Assembly (NCBI GenBank): GCA_041665485.1
Contig: JBAYIT010000001.1
Span: forward strand, 140,270-204,269
Origin: Candidatus Shapirobacteria bacterium
GTDB taxonomy: Bacteria > Patescibacteriota > Microgenomatia > UBA12405
Length of the DNA stretch: 64,000 bases
Reading direction: 5' to 3'
Below the pieces are notes generated by a model that made no database searches, was not told where the DNA came from, and worked only from the letters and a program-made list of their open reading frames with translations. Position numbers and translations under genes: made by a program. This document shows, one piece after another, positions 36,143 to 45,140 of this stretch. Numbering within the stretch: position 1 is the first letter of the stretch; each line of letters begins with the position of its first letter.

Positions 36143-37912
36143 TTACAGTTTCCCATCTTGCACTTTCTTTCCTATGTCTTGGACTGCTTTTCCAGCCCTG
36201 CCGGTTAGAGATGGATTCATACCCCAGGGAAGTTTGATTTTACTAAGTGGGCCTGTGTTGCTGGCAATACGAGAACCAACCTCTTGAATTAGTGGTCCAC
36301 CAATCTCTTGTCTTGCTGTAGATTCGATAAATTTATTGCTATAGCTTTGACCAATGGCTTGGGACCAGGGGGATGGTTTAAGGGAGAAGATAAACTGGGG
36401 GATCATCTCGGGCATTTTGGAGACAAGACCAAGGCCGGCGAGGCCGAGGCCGGCTTTGACGATGGCGTTGGCACTCCACCAGTTACTACCAGCGGCACCA
36501 ATGAGGAGTTGGCCGGGAATCCAGAGACTTTTACCGGCATCACTTAGGATTGTTTCGCCAATAAGGTTTAAAAGAACTAAGAATATAGTGGTGATGGGGA
36601 AAATGGCGATATAGCCAATAAGATCATTAATCCAAGAGGAAAATCCCATTTTGGAGCCGGGGAAAGCACCCATGGCAATTTCTAGTGGGGCAATAATAAT
36701 TTTAAAGATAATGGTGATATAGGCTTTGATTAGACCAAAAAATAGCTTGATGAGCCAGAAGGTCATGATGATGGTCATGACAAGAGAAACTAAGACTCCA
36801 CCGATGGTGCCACCGACGAGACCGCCGGTAATACCCATTCCGATTCTGGCAATATCGTTGCCTACTCCTCCCATAATAAGGTTGAAAATACCACCACCAA
36901 GGGTGCCCAGAACGACACTACTAACCATACCACTTAGGGCGTAGAGGGCCCAAGAGGGCATAGCATGATAGACCAGACTTTGATAAGTATTAAAGCTGGG
37001 GTTGGTGAGATGTTCGAGGGTGTAGGGACTGGTACCGGTAAATTGTTGATAAGCAGATTGTATAGCTGTTCCTGCCCAAGAGGTGGGCATAATATTATTA
37101 AAGATTCTCCAGGGGTTAAGAAGGTCACCGCCGAAGGCGGTGCCAGTAATGGTGTAGAACATGGCAATAACCAGGCCGGCGAGGAGATAGATAAAATCAA
37201 TGGCCAGACCGGCAATAGCGTAAGAGAAAGTGACGAGAATGAGAGTGGTGATGAGTCCCGGGATGGCATTTTGGATGGTGATGACGGCTTGGGGAGAGAT
37301 TTTGACCCGCAAAATTATCATGATGCCGATGGCGATAAAAACAATAGAAGATAAAACATAAACAATGTTTCTGAAACCACGCCAAAGAGGAAGAAGAGGC
37401 TGGAGACCGGCAAAACCAACACCTTGAGCGTAGGCTGGCTTACCTAAAAAATTATCTTTAACAGAGGCGATATATTCTATTCCAGATGCTTGGGGATAAT
37501 TTAGAGTGGCAATCATGCCAGAGAGATTGCCAGCAACACCTCCGGGAACCCATTGAGAAGAAGCGATGGGCTGACCGTTTTCAATAGAAGAAAGTAAACC
37601 ATCAGGAATGTCAATAATGTTGGTTAGAATGTTGAGAAAGTGAAAAATGGTGGTGAAAATGGTTGAACCGAACCAACCTTCGACGCTACCACCGGCTTTG
37701 ATAGCGTCGCGCTGATAGCGAATTTCAGATTTTTCGGCGGCGACAGGAACAGCAACTAGAAACAAGAAACAAAAACCGAGAACTAAGAGAATTTTGGTGG
37801 ATTTGGAGAGCTTGGGAAGAAGGGGGAGGTCACGACGATTAAGATTGGAATCTACGAATCTACGAATCTGGAATCTGGAAAAAAATGATGAAAAGCGAGA
37901 ACTTAGAGACAT
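36143..37912 (-). CDS. polytopic membrane protein, possibly VirB6/TrbL-like (start uncertain)
   Basis: 589 aa: signal/anchor, an extracytoplasmic domain of ~130 aa, then eight or more TM helices with Gly-rich loops; the track N-terminus is coded by GAATCTACGAAT repeats; lies downstream of the pilin-like array. Confidence 0.4.
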   Translation of the reverse strand: MSLSSRFSSFFSRFQIRRFVDSNLNRRDLPLLPKLSKSTKILLVLGFCFLFLVAVPVAAEKSEIRYQRDAIKAGGSVEGWFGSTIFTTIFHFLNILTNIIDIPDGLLSSIENGQPIASSQWVPGGVAGNLSGMIATLNYPQASGIEYIASVKDNFLGKPAYAQGVGFAGLQPLLPLWRGFRNIVYVLSSIVFIAIGIMIILRVKISPQAVITIQNAIPGLITTLILVTFSYAIAGLAIDFIYLLAGLVIAMFYTITGTAFGGDLLNPWRIFNNIMPTSWAGTAIQSAYQQFTGTSPYTLEHLTNPSFNTYQSLVYHAMPSWALYALSGMVSSVVLGTLGGGIFNLIMGGVGNDIARIGMGITGGLVGGTIGGVLVSLVMTIIMTFWLIKLFFGLIKAYITIIFKIIIAPLEIAMGAFPGSKMGFSSWINDLIGYIAIFPITTIFLVLLNLIGETILSDAGKSLWIPGQLLIGAAGSNWWSANAIVKAGLGLAGLGLVSKMPEMIPQFIFSLKPSPWSQAIGQSYSNKFIESTARQEIGGPLIQEVGSRIASNTGPLSKIKLPWGMNPSLTGRAGKAVQDIGKKVQDGKL

Positions 37913-37931
37913 GGAAAGATTATACTAAAAA

Positions 37932-37973
37932 GAGTTACGAGTTACGAGTTATCAGTTACGAGTTTGAAATCGG
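37932..37973. repeat. word-repeat family B (AGTTACGA variants), representative copy
   Basis: GAGTTACGAGTTACGAGTTATCAGTTACGAGTT; other copies at about 20764-20793, 26957-26990, 42800-42840, 56395-56420. Confidence 0.8.
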
Positions 37974-38058
37974 GAATCTACGAATCTGCCTGCCGGCAGG
38001 CAGGTCTGGAATTTACGAATTTAGAACCAGAAATTGGGTTTACGATTTACAAAATAAA

Positions 38059-40326
38059 TTAGAGTTGCCAGGAGGCGGGGAGGAGTTGGGGGTAGAACTT
38101 GTCGTGGTTAATGTCGGTTTGGGCGCCGGGGTGGGCGATAGGGAGCTGGGCGCCACCGCCGGCAGTGGAGTCGGAACCGGTGCGGGCCAATTTGCCTTGG
38201 TCTTTTTGAGGAGTGAGATTGAAGTAGGTTTGAGTGAGACTACCTTCGTTCTTAGCGATGTTGGCGGGATAATCGACTTCTACTTCAACTTTGGCAGTGA
38301 GAGTGGTGTCTTCGGTTATTTGCCTCCAGAGATTTTTAACCCAGGCAACAAAATCAAGAGGCGAGGGTTTGTTTTGAGTGTTGTAGCCACCACCCATGGA
38401 ACAAACATCGGGCTTGGGAATACTACTTTGTTGCTTGTAGGGAATCCACCAAGCGGTGGCCTCACCGGCTTGACCACTGCTCATGGCGGCTAAATTGGGC
38501 ATGGTGTGGGGGTAAGGAGTAGGTTCGACGCCACCACCGGCGCCAACATTTTTAACAGTTGTTTCCAGATTGGCGGAAGCGCAACCGGGATTGGTGGCGA
38601 GAAAATAGGTGTAGCCGTTTTTGTAGCAACCACTGTAGGTTTCCCAAAAAGGGATGCCAGTGCGCTTTTCGTAACCACCACCTTCGTATTGTTTGGAGAG
38701 GAGTTCGCGAACATCACCGGGGACACCGTCTTCTACAATTTTTCCTTGAACACATTTGACGGCGAATTGATTGATTTTACCGGATTTAATCATGCCCCAA
38801 ACATATTCACTCATAAACATTGGTCGGCCGGCGCCTTGGCCGGATTTGTCCATGTCACGACAACCGCCAGTGTCGTGATAGGCGGTGCCGATTTGCTGGT
38901 CGTTGGCAATAAGATAGGGGTTGCGTTTAAGTTTGTCTTCTTCAAGAGAACGGACGGCTTCCTGGAAAAGTTTCCATTTTAGGTCAAGTTGCATGCAATA
39001 ACTCATGGAGCGGGTGACGGGGTTGTAGCCAAAACGATTGAATTTGCCGAACTCGCTTGCTAGAGAAAGAGGATCAGTGCGATTGGCGTGGACAATGTAT
39101 TGCTGGTGGTGGGTGGGGAGCTGGGAATAACTAGTGTAAGTGCAGTATTTGGCCGGGCCGAGGTTGGTTTGAGGGCCATCGACTTTGACTTCTTCTTCAA
39201 CTGAAGTAACGGTAAGTGGCTCGGTTTCGGTGGTGGTGGAACCGTCCTGATTTTTAGTAGTAGTTTTTTTGGGGGAATAAGATTGTTTGATGCTAGCCTG
39301 AAAGGTGCAGATTTGACCACCTTTGAGGTTGGCGTAGGCGTTAGTGTCGTAAATGCCGTTAATGTAACCGCGGGGATGAAGATAGGGGGTAGTGTTGACG
39401 GCGGGGGGGAGGAGGTCGTCGATTGACTCGCCACCGAGCTTGCTGGTAGGTAGAGGGGTAACGGAGGGACGGTGATTGGGGTTGGGGAGATTGGTTTGGT
39501 CGCATTTGCCGGAGATGGCATTGGCGACGTTGTCGTTGATAGTCCAGGAACCACCACTGAAATTACCGGGGGCGGCGGTGAAAAGAAAATAGGCAAGAAC
39601 GTCTGGTTTTGATTGCCATTGACTGATGATATTTTCGCCACAAAAGAAGTTGATAAAAGCCTGATCGTCATAGATTAGACCGTTTTTGTCGACGCCGATT
39701 TCAGTAAAAAGAAATTTTTTGCCAGCGAGGGGGCCTTTGTCATAATTAATAGCGGTGTCAGAGCGGTAAGGGTGATAGGAAATAATGTCAAAATAGGAAA
39801 AGGCCTTACTGGTGACGGGGTAATTGGGATTTTGAGGATCGAGAGCGGGGGAGATAAGGGTGGCGTTTTGAAGTTGGCTTTTGATGTCTTTAATGAAATT
39901 GTTGGCTCGGGAAATGGATTCTTCCAGAGTAATGTAGCCATCGGGAGCGCGCCGTTCGTAGTCTTGTTCAAGTTCGTTGAAAGGTTCGACATAAACGGTT
40001 TTACCGGAGGCGGCGAATTGGTTGATGGCTTGGCTCCATTCGGAAGCAATGGTGGCCTGTTGTTCTTTGGAACCGAGCATGAGTTGGCCGGTTTCGGTCC
40101 AAGAGGAATGAATGCGGACAACGACATTATTGGCCTGAATATCGGCTGTGAGCAGTTCTTGGGGAGAGCCGGGGGCGTAGAGAACCCAGTTTTGAACGTC
40201 TTGGTTAACAGTGTAACCGGCGGAGCTGGGATCGTTAATAAGATTGAGACCGGGGTCGGCGGCATTAACCGGTTGGGGAGAAATAAGAACTAAGAGATAA
40301 GAGATAAGAGATAAGAGATAAAACAC
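38059..40326 (-). CDS. secreted protein with N-terminal clan GH-A (GH5-like) glycoside-hydrolase domain (GTG start)
   Basis: Signal peptide with AxA site ...VLISPQPVNA/ADP; VEPFNELEQDY gives an NEx acid/base candidate; KFLFTEIGVD gives a TE nucleophile candidate, about 100 aa after the NEx; about 470 aa of C-terminal region are unrecognised; the hydrophobic core of the signal peptide is coded by the reverse complement of the GAGATAAGA repeat. Confidence 0.5.
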   Translation of the reverse strand: MFYLLSLISYLLVLISPQPVNAADPGLNLINDPSSAGYTVNQDVQNWVLYAPGSPQELLTADIQANNVVVRIHSSWTETGQLMLGSKEQQATIASEWSQAINQFAASGKTVYVEPFNELEQDYERRAPDGYITLEESISRANNFIKDIKSQLQNATLISPALDPQNPNYPVTSKAFSYFDIISYHPYRSDTAINYDKGPLAGKKFLFTEIGVDKNGLIYDDQAFINFFCGENIISQWQSKPDVLAYFLFTAAPGNFSGGSWTINDNVANAISGKCDQTNLPNPNHRPSVTPLPTSKLGGESIDDLLPPAVNTTPYLHPRGYINGIYDTNAYANLKGGQICTFQASIKQSYSPKKTTTKNQDGSTTTETEPLTVTSVEEEVKVDGPQTNLGPAKYCTYTSYSQLPTHHQQYIVHANRTDPLSLASEFGKFNRFGYNPVTRSMSYCMQLDLKWKLFQEAVRSLEEDKLKRNPYLIANDQQIGTAYHDTGGCRDMDKSGQGAGRPMFMSEYVWGMIKSGKINQFAVKCVQGKIVEDGVPGDVRELLSKQYEGGGYEKRTGIPFWETYSGCYKNGYTYFLATNPGCASANLETTVKNVGAGGGVEPTPYPHTMPNLAAMSSGQAGEATAWWIPYKQQSSIPKPDVCSMGGGYNTQNKPSPLDFVAWVKNLWRQITEDTTLTAKVEVEVDYPANIAKNEGSLTQTYFNLTPQKDQGKLARTGSDSTAGGGAQLPIAHPGAQTDINHDKFYPQLLPASWQL

Positions 40327-40331
40327 GGTTA

Positions 40332-40337
40332 ATTATA
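40332..40337 (-). promoter_or_regulatory. -10 box TATAAT (minus strand) 5 nt upstream of the GTG start of the GH-A-like gene (leaderless)
   Basis: Minus-strand reading AGTTATAATTAACCGTG. Confidence 0.4.
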
Positions 40338-40341
40338 ACTT

Positions 40342-40380
40342 AAAGTCCGAAAAGTCCAAAAAGTTAGAAAGTCCAAAAAG
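40342..40380. repeat. word-repeat family C (AAGTCCAAAA variants), representative copy
   Basis: AAGTCCGAAAAGTCCAAAAAGTTAGAAAGTCCAAAAAG; other copies at about 46056-46098, 47145-47185, 47535-47580, 58325-58375. Confidence 0.8.
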
Positions 40381-40385
40381 CTATT

Positions 40386-40793
40386 CTAGCCGGGGATTTG
40401 GAAGATAGTGAGAGTGGAAATACCGGTGAAATTTTGGATAAGGCGTAAGATTAGCCAAGATGCAATGACACCAACTAGGCCGATAATGGCAGAAGTGAGG
40501 GTGCCAGCAGCGCCGGCGGCTTTTTTAGGATCGCCGTTACTTAGGACATAATTGAACCCACCAACAATAAACATAACCAAGAACACTAAACCGGCAATAG
40601 TGACGACGACAGATAGAGTGTTGTAAAAGAGACATTCGAGACCCTGAATAGTGGCAACGTCAGGGTTGGCTTTATCGACACAACGGGGGTCGCGAGCTTT
40701 CCAGTCTTGTTGGGCGAGGGCGGGGGCGGGGGCGGGAGAGATAAGAACTAAAAGATAAGAGATAAGAACTAAGAGATAAGACAGGCGGGACAT
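40386..40793 (-). CDS. pilin-like two-TM 'GDSKK-loop' protein, paralog 6 (start trimmed to ATG at 40791-40793)
   Basis: [29 protein letters not shown] signal-like segment coded by the repeat, then TM1, loop NGDPKKAAGAAG and TM2; the track ORF to 40949 would overlap paralog 1. Confidence 0.5.
   Translation of the reverse strand: MSRLSYLLVLISYLLVLISPAPAPALAQQDWKARDPRCVDKANPDVATIQGLECLFYNTLSVVVTIAGLVFLVMFIVGGFNYVLSNGDPKKAAGAAGTLTSAIIGLVGVIASWLILRLIQNFTGISTLTIFQIPG
40731..40790. repeat. word-repeat family D (GAGATAAGA / ACTAAGA variants), representative copy
   Basis: Other copies at about 12565-12605, 25855-25895, 26405-26440, 27110-27310, 30975-31010, 32960-33006, 33396-33426 (inverted), 40285-40320. 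Confidence 0.8.
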
Positions 40794-40800
40794 AAGTGGA

Positions 40801-40840
40801 TTATAGCAAACTAAAACCCCTCCGATAGCTATCGGAGGGG
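40801..40840 (-). terminator. Rho-independent terminator candidate after pilin paralog 1
   Basis: Perfect 24-nt palindrome CCCCTCCGATAGCTATCGGAGGGG (40817-40840) followed on the minus strand by TTTTAGTTT. Confidence 0.5.
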
Positions 40841-40867
40841 TTTGGAAAACAAGATCAGTTTCCAGAC

Positions 40868-41236
40868 TTATGGCTGGAAAGTGGGAACAGTCAAGGTTCC
40901 GAGAATGTCGATACCAAAGACGGTACCAATTAGCTTCATGATAGCCCAAGCAGCGAAGACAATGGCCAAACCAATGAGAGCATTGGTGATTTGATTTCTG
41001 GCACCTTCAACATTTTTACTATCGCCTTGGCTCATGACCCAACGAAGGCCACCCCAGACGAGCATAAAGAAAAACACAAGGGCAACGACCAACATAATAA
41101 GGGAGATGGCGCCGGAGATTATACCGCCAGCAGTAAGACCAGTAAGGGAATCCCACCCGCCACCAGCTTTTGGCTGGAGTTTAATTTGTTGTTGGGCGTA
41201 AGCCGGAACAACCAGAGAAAGTTGACTTAGGTTCAT
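40868..41236 (-). CDS. pilin-like two-TM 'GDSKK-loop' protein, paralog 1 (TrbC/VirB2-like architecture)
   Basis: 122 aa: signal-like N-terminus with AYAQQ, TM1, loop SQGDSKNVEGARNQ and TM2. Confidence 0.55.
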   Translation of the reverse strand: MNLSQLSLVVPAYAQQQIKLQPKAGGGWDSLTGLTAGGIISGAISLIMLVVALVFFFMLVWGGLRWVMSQGDSKNVEGARNQITNALIGLAIVFAAWAIMKLIGTVFGIDILGTLTVPTFQP

Positions 41237-41291
41237 AGTTTTTTAATTTATAAGTTAAATTTGGTTTATTTTAGCAATAAACCTTAATTTA

Positions 41292-41612
41292 TTAAATAGG
41301 GAGGAAAATTTGGAGATTTTCCAGATCCTTAAGGCCGAAGACCCAGCCGACTAATTTAAGGACAGCAAAGAGAGAGAAAAGAAGAACAAGACCAATCATG
41401 CCGTTGGTGAGCTCTTTTTTGGACTCTTCAATTTTTTTGCTGTCGCCTTGGCCGTCAATGAGATGAAAAGCAGCCATGAAGATAAACCAACAGAAATAAA
41501 GAACGCCAACTAACATAAAGATGGAGAAAACCGATTGAATAACGTTGTTAAGATAGATGATGGGTTCGTTGACCTGGGCTCCCGGAGTTTTGAGAATTGG
41601 GTTGGTGATCAT
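41292..41612 (-). CDS. pilin-like two-TM 'GDSKK-loop' protein, paralog 2
   Basis: 106 aa: TM1, loop DGQGDSKKIEESKK and TM2. Confidence 0.55.
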   Translation of the reverse strand: MITNPILKTPGAQVNEPIIYLNNVIQSVFSIFMLVGVLYFCWFIFMAAFHLIDGQGDSKKIEESKKELTNGMIGLVLLFSLFAVLKLVGWVFGLKDLENLQIFLPI

Positions 41613-41974
41613 AGGCCAAGTTTATCAAACATACTATTGAGATCGAGGACATTTTCCAGACCGAGGAGCTTGGCCATAAGAGCACCCAGGCCGAGAGAAA
41701 CAACAACAATAAATAAACCTAAAATGCCGTCGGTAAGGCGCTTTTTGGCATCTTGGGCTTTTTTGGCATCACCTTCGGAAGAAATGTAGGCATAGCCGGC
41801 AAAAATAATCTGGATAGAGAAGTAAATGACAGCAACAACGGTGAGGATGCCGATAACACGACCGACGGTGAGCTCGAGAGCGCTGGTGGCAGTTTTGGGA
41901 GAATTGGGATTTTGACCCGGACCACTTAGACCGTAATTGTTGTGAGGAATTTGGGCTAAAAGTTTATTGAACAT
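41609..41974 (-). CDS. pilin-like two-TM 'GDSKK-loop' protein, paralog 3 (start trimmed to ATG at 41972-41974)
   Basis: TM1, loop SSEGDAKKAQDAKK and TM2; the stop of the preceding paralog overlaps. Confidence 0.5.
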   Translation of the reverse strand: MFNKLLAQIPHNNYGLSGPGQNPNSPKTATSALELTVGRVIGILTVVAVIYFSIQIIFAGYAYISSEGDAKKAQDAKKRLTDGILGLFIVVVSLGLGALMAKLLGLENVLDLNSMFDKLGL

Positions 41975-41978
41975 AAAA

Positions 41979-42335
41979 TTAATTTGGCCCCCAAATAACA
42001 GGTTTGGTGGCGGAGATACCGGTGAGGCGCTCGATAACACCGGAAAGAATAAAAGCCGAAGAAATAATAACCAACCCTAAAATACTTTGCCAAATTTTGG
42101 CCCAAGCCAGCTCGGTTTTTTTGGAATCACCATTGGCAGAAATATATTCGTAACCGGCGATAATGAATTGAAAAACAACATAAATAGCGCCGATAGTGCC
42201 AACAATTTTAAAAATATTGCTCATGAAGATAAAGAGACCGGAGCCGGCATCGCTTTTATATGCAGTGGGGTTGCCAACTGTACCAAAAATTCCGGCTGCA
42301 GAAGCGGGAATTTTAGAAACTAGAAACCCCCCCAT
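41979..42335 (-). CDS. pilin-like two-TM 'GDSKK-loop' protein, paralog 4 (start uncertain; track ORF extends to 42488)
   Basis: TM1, loop SANGDSKKTELAW and TM2; upstream 42339-42420 holds a 13-nt inverted repeat and is more likely intergenic. Confidence 0.45.
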   Translation of the reverse strand: MGGFLVSKIPASAAGIFGTVGNPTAYKSDAGSGLFIFMSNIFKIVGTIGAIYVVFQFIIAGYEYISANGDSKKTELAWAKIWQSILGLVIISSAFILSGVIERLTGISATKPVIWGPN

Positions 42336-42444
42336 GCCCGTCATCGCGAGGCCGAAGGCCGTGGCGATCCCAACGAGATTGCTTCGTCCCCCGATAGTTA
42401 TCGGGATCCTCGCAATGACGTATGGGGTTATTTGTTTGATCATG

Positions 42445-42780
42445 TTAGATGGTGGGGTTGAGGATTTTGAGGCCAGTAATAACTTCAACTATTTGAATAA
42501 TAAAGTAAGCTAAAAAGACAACTAAAAAACCAATAAGGGCGTTGGTGATGGCTCCAGATGATTGAGCTGTTTTTTTAGAATCACCGCTACCGGCATTAAT
42601 TATAAAGGTAAGACCGCCGAAAATCAAAAGAGCCAGAAAAACAATACCAGCAACAGTGAGAGCGTTTTTGAGAATAATGGAGACGAGAACGGCCAGATTG
42701 GGATAGGAAGAGGAGATGGTGTGGCCACTGCCAAGAGGAGTATCACCAATTTGAACTTGAGCAAGAACTGGTTTAAACAC
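42445..42780 (-). CDS. pilin-like two-TM 'GDSKK-loop' protein, paralog 5 (first gene of the array; GTG start)
   Basis: 111 aa: TM1, loop NAGSGDSKKTAQSSG and TM2. Confidence 0.55.
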   Translation of the reverse strand: MFKPVLAQVQIGDTPLGSGHTISSSYPNLAVLVSIILKNALTVAGIVFLALLIFGGLTFIINAGSGDSKKTAQSSGAITNALIGFLVVFLAYFIIQIVEVITGLKILNPTI

Positions 42781-42786
42781 GGGTTA

Positions 42787-42792
42787 ATTATA
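42787..42792 (-). promoter_or_regulatory. -10 box TATAAT (minus strand) 6 nt upstream of the GTG start of the pilin-like array (leaderless)
   Basis: Minus-strand reading CATAGTATAATTAACCCGTG, near-identical to the context of the GH-A-like gene. Confidence 0.45.
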
Positions 42793-42862
42793 CTATGTCA
42801 GTTGACAGTTTTCAGTTACGAGTTACGAGTTATTGGGTACTAGGTACTTGGAGCTAGGTACA

Positions 42863-42871
42863 TGGTATAAT
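42863..42871 (+). promoter_or_regulatory. extended -10 promoter TGGTATAAT for the divergent 7TM/ATP-grasp cluster
   Basis: TGGTATAAT at 42863-42871; ATG at 42894. Confidence 0.4.
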
Positions 42872-42893
42872 ACGGCCAAATTAGATCCCCCCT

Positions 42894-43637
42894 ATGCTTA
42901 ACAAAATAATAGTATTTGTGTTGGCCGGAGCATTAGTTGCCAGCTGGCGAACAACTCCGATTTTGGCAGTAGAGCATTGGAACGGGTGGAATGGAATGAG
43001 GGTGATAGTGGGGATGGCAATTGAGCGAGGAGTTCCGGCGGAAACGATTGTTCTATTATTGTTATTGCCAGTAGTGGCGACAATGGTGGGGATTATTCAT
43101 TATTTGGTAGGTTTTACCGGTTACGGGATTTTTATGCCAACGATGGTGGCAGTGGTGTTGACGGCAACAGGAATTCCGAGCGGTTTATTACTTTTTGGCC
43201 TGATTTTGATGATATCGAGCGGAGGAAATATGCTTTTGAAGCGACTCAAACTTCATTTTTGGCCGTCAAGATCGATTAATTTAGTAATGATTGGACTGGG
43301 GACGTTTGGGTTGATGCTGTTGGGGACAGTAACTCCGTGGATAGATTTGAGTAAGATATCGATTTTCCCGGTGTTATTTATGGTGATGTTGGCGGAGGAG
43401 TTTGTGAGAACGCAGTTGATTAAAAGCCGAAAAGAGGCGGTGAAATTGACTTTGGGAACATTGATTTTAGCGGTGGTGGGGGCAGTAATTATGGATGTTG
43501 GCTGGATTAGAGAGGCGGTGTTGTTAAATCCGGAAATTGTTTTGGTGGTGGTAGCGGTTAATTTGCTGGTGGGAAACTATAGTGGGATTAGACTGACGGA
43601 GATTGCTAGATTTAAGAAAGCGATTCGGAAAAAATAA
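42894..43637 (+). CDS. seven-TM membrane protein (resembles the 7TM module found next to ATP-grasp peptide ligases)
   Basis: 247 aa with about seven hydrophobic helices; first gene of an operon with ATP-grasp genes. Confidence 0.45.
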   Translation: MLNKIIVFVLAGALVASWRTTPILAVEHWNGWNGMRVIVGMAIERGVPAETIVLLLLLPVVATMVGIIHYLVGFTGYGIFMPTMVAVVLTATGIPSGLLLFGLILMISSGGNMLLKRLKLHFWPSRSINLVMIGLGTFGLMLLGTVTPWIDLSKISIFPVLFMVMLAEEFVRTQLIKSRKEAVKLTLGTLILAVVGAVIMDVGWIREAVLLNPEIVLVVVAVNLLVGNYSGIRLTEIARFKKAIRKK

Positions 43638-43676
43638 GAATTTACGAATATACGAATCTACGAATTAAGATAAAAA

Positions 43677-45041
43677 ATGATATTTGGATTAGAGAAATAC
43701 AAACAGTTTTTGACGAAAAATGAGAGAAATAAGGTGTATTTGCGAAAAAATTCGATAGAGGGAAGGCGAGTGGCGGATAGTAAATGGAAAACAAAGATGG
43801 TGTTGCAAAAAGAAGGGGTGGGGGTGCCAAAATTGATCGGGAGATTGAGATCGGGGGCAGGGGTAGAGAAATTTGAGTGGGAAAAATTAACAGGTAATTT
43901 TGTAATTAAGCCGGTGTCGGGATATGGAGGAGAAGGGATATTAATAATAAAAAAGAAAATTTCTAATGACAAATTTCTAATGATGGATGGGAAAACTATA
44001 TTTATAGAAGATTTAAAGAGGCATTGTTTAGAGATATTGGCGGGGAGATATAGCTTGTATGGAATGCCGGACACGGTGTTAATTGAAGAAAGAATAAAAA
44101 TTCATCCGATGTTTTTGAGCTATACCCGAACTGGGACGCCGGATATCCGGGTAATTGTTTATAACCGAGTGCCGGTAATGGCGATGTTGCGGATTCCAAC
44201 CGAAAAAAGCCAAGGAAAGGCAAATTTACAACAGGGAGCAATGGGGCTGGGGGTGGATTTGGCTACAGGAATTACTACTTTTGGAATTGAGGGCAAAGGA
44301 GAAATAATCAAGAAAATTTATGACCGAGGGAAAAAGAGAATGATTAAGGTGAATGGAATTAAAATTCCAAAATGGAGAGAAGTGCTGGAAGTGGCGATAA
44401 GTTGCCAGAGAGCGATTCCGGAATTGGGCTTTGTGGGAGTGGACATAGTCTTAGATAAGGAAAGAGGGCCATTGGTGCTGGAAGTCAATTCCCGCCCCGG
44501 ATTGTCAATACAATTATGTAATCGGGCGGGATTGAAGGCTAGAATGCAAAAAGTTGAGGATGTGGAGGCAAAAAGTGTGGAGCACAGTATTTCCCTGGCT
44601 AAGTATCTATTTGGGGAGAGCTTTTTTGAGAAAGTAGAGCAAAAAGAGAGGGCAAAAACAATCAAGCCAATTGAAATAATTGAAATTAAAGTGCCAAAAG
44701 GCTTTGTGCCAAGTTTTGAAAAAAGCCCAGTGCTAAAAAAAGGAAAACATCGGGTGGTGGAAGTGAGAGCTAAAATAGATACCGGGGCATTTAGGAGTTC
44801 GATTGATAAGGTTCTGGCGGAAAAGATGGGGTTGCTTGATAAAACACGGGTGTTGTATTATCGACATTATCGGTCGAGTTTGGGAAGACAGGTGGACAGG
44901 CCAGTGGTGGGAGTAACTTTCTGGGTGTTGGGGAAAAAGATTGTGACGGCGGTAAATGTGGCCGATAGACATAAGTTGAGGACAAAATTTTTATTGGGGA
45001 GAAAAGATTTAGAAGGTTTTTTAATTTCTGCAAATAAATAA
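43677..45041 (+). CDS. ATP-grasp ligase (alpha-L-glutamate-ligase-related type) fused to C-terminal retropepsin-like 'Zn-protease' domain
   Basis: ATP-grasp motifs FVIKPVSGYGGEGI, GVDIVLDKERGPLVLEVNSRPG; the C-terminal ~120 aa (RVVEVRAKIDTGAFRSSID...) resemble the RimK-associated putative protease domain. Confidence 0.6.
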   Translation: MIFGLEKYKQFLTKNERNKVYLRKNSIEGRRVADSKWKTKMVLQKEGVGVPKLIGRLRSGAGVEKFEWEKLTGNFVIKPVSGYGGEGILIIKKKISNDKFLMMDGKTIFIEDLKRHCLEILAGRYSLYGMPDTVLIEERIKIHPMFLSYTRTGTPDIRVIVYNRVPVMAMLRIPTEKSQGKANLQQGAMGLGVDLATGITTFGIEGKGEIIKKIYDRGKKRMIKVNGIKIPKWREVLEVAISCQRAIPELGFVGVDIVLDKERGPLVLEVNSRPGLSIQLCNRAGLKARMQKVEDVEAKSVEHSISLAKYLFGESFFEKVEQKERAKTIKPIEIIEIKVPKGFVPSFEKSPVLKKGKHRVVEVRAKIDTGAFRSSIDKVLAEKMGLLDKTRVLYYRHYRSSLGRQVDRPVVGVTFWVLGKKIVTAVNVADRHKLRTKFLLGRKDLEGFLISANK

Positions 45042-45140
45042 AAACCCTTCCCCTAACCCCTTCACCTCCGCCTGTCGTCGGACAGGTTGACAGGGCAGGG
45101 GAAAAAATAATTTTTAATTTTAAATTTTTAATTTTAAAAA

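Noticed and set aside
45042-45140. Terminator between the ATP-grasp/protease gene and RimK-1 (CCTGTCGTCGGACAGG hairpin)
   Set aside because: The hairpin is short and GC-poor at its base and has no following T-run; it is more likely part of the A/T word-repeat spacer than a real terminator.
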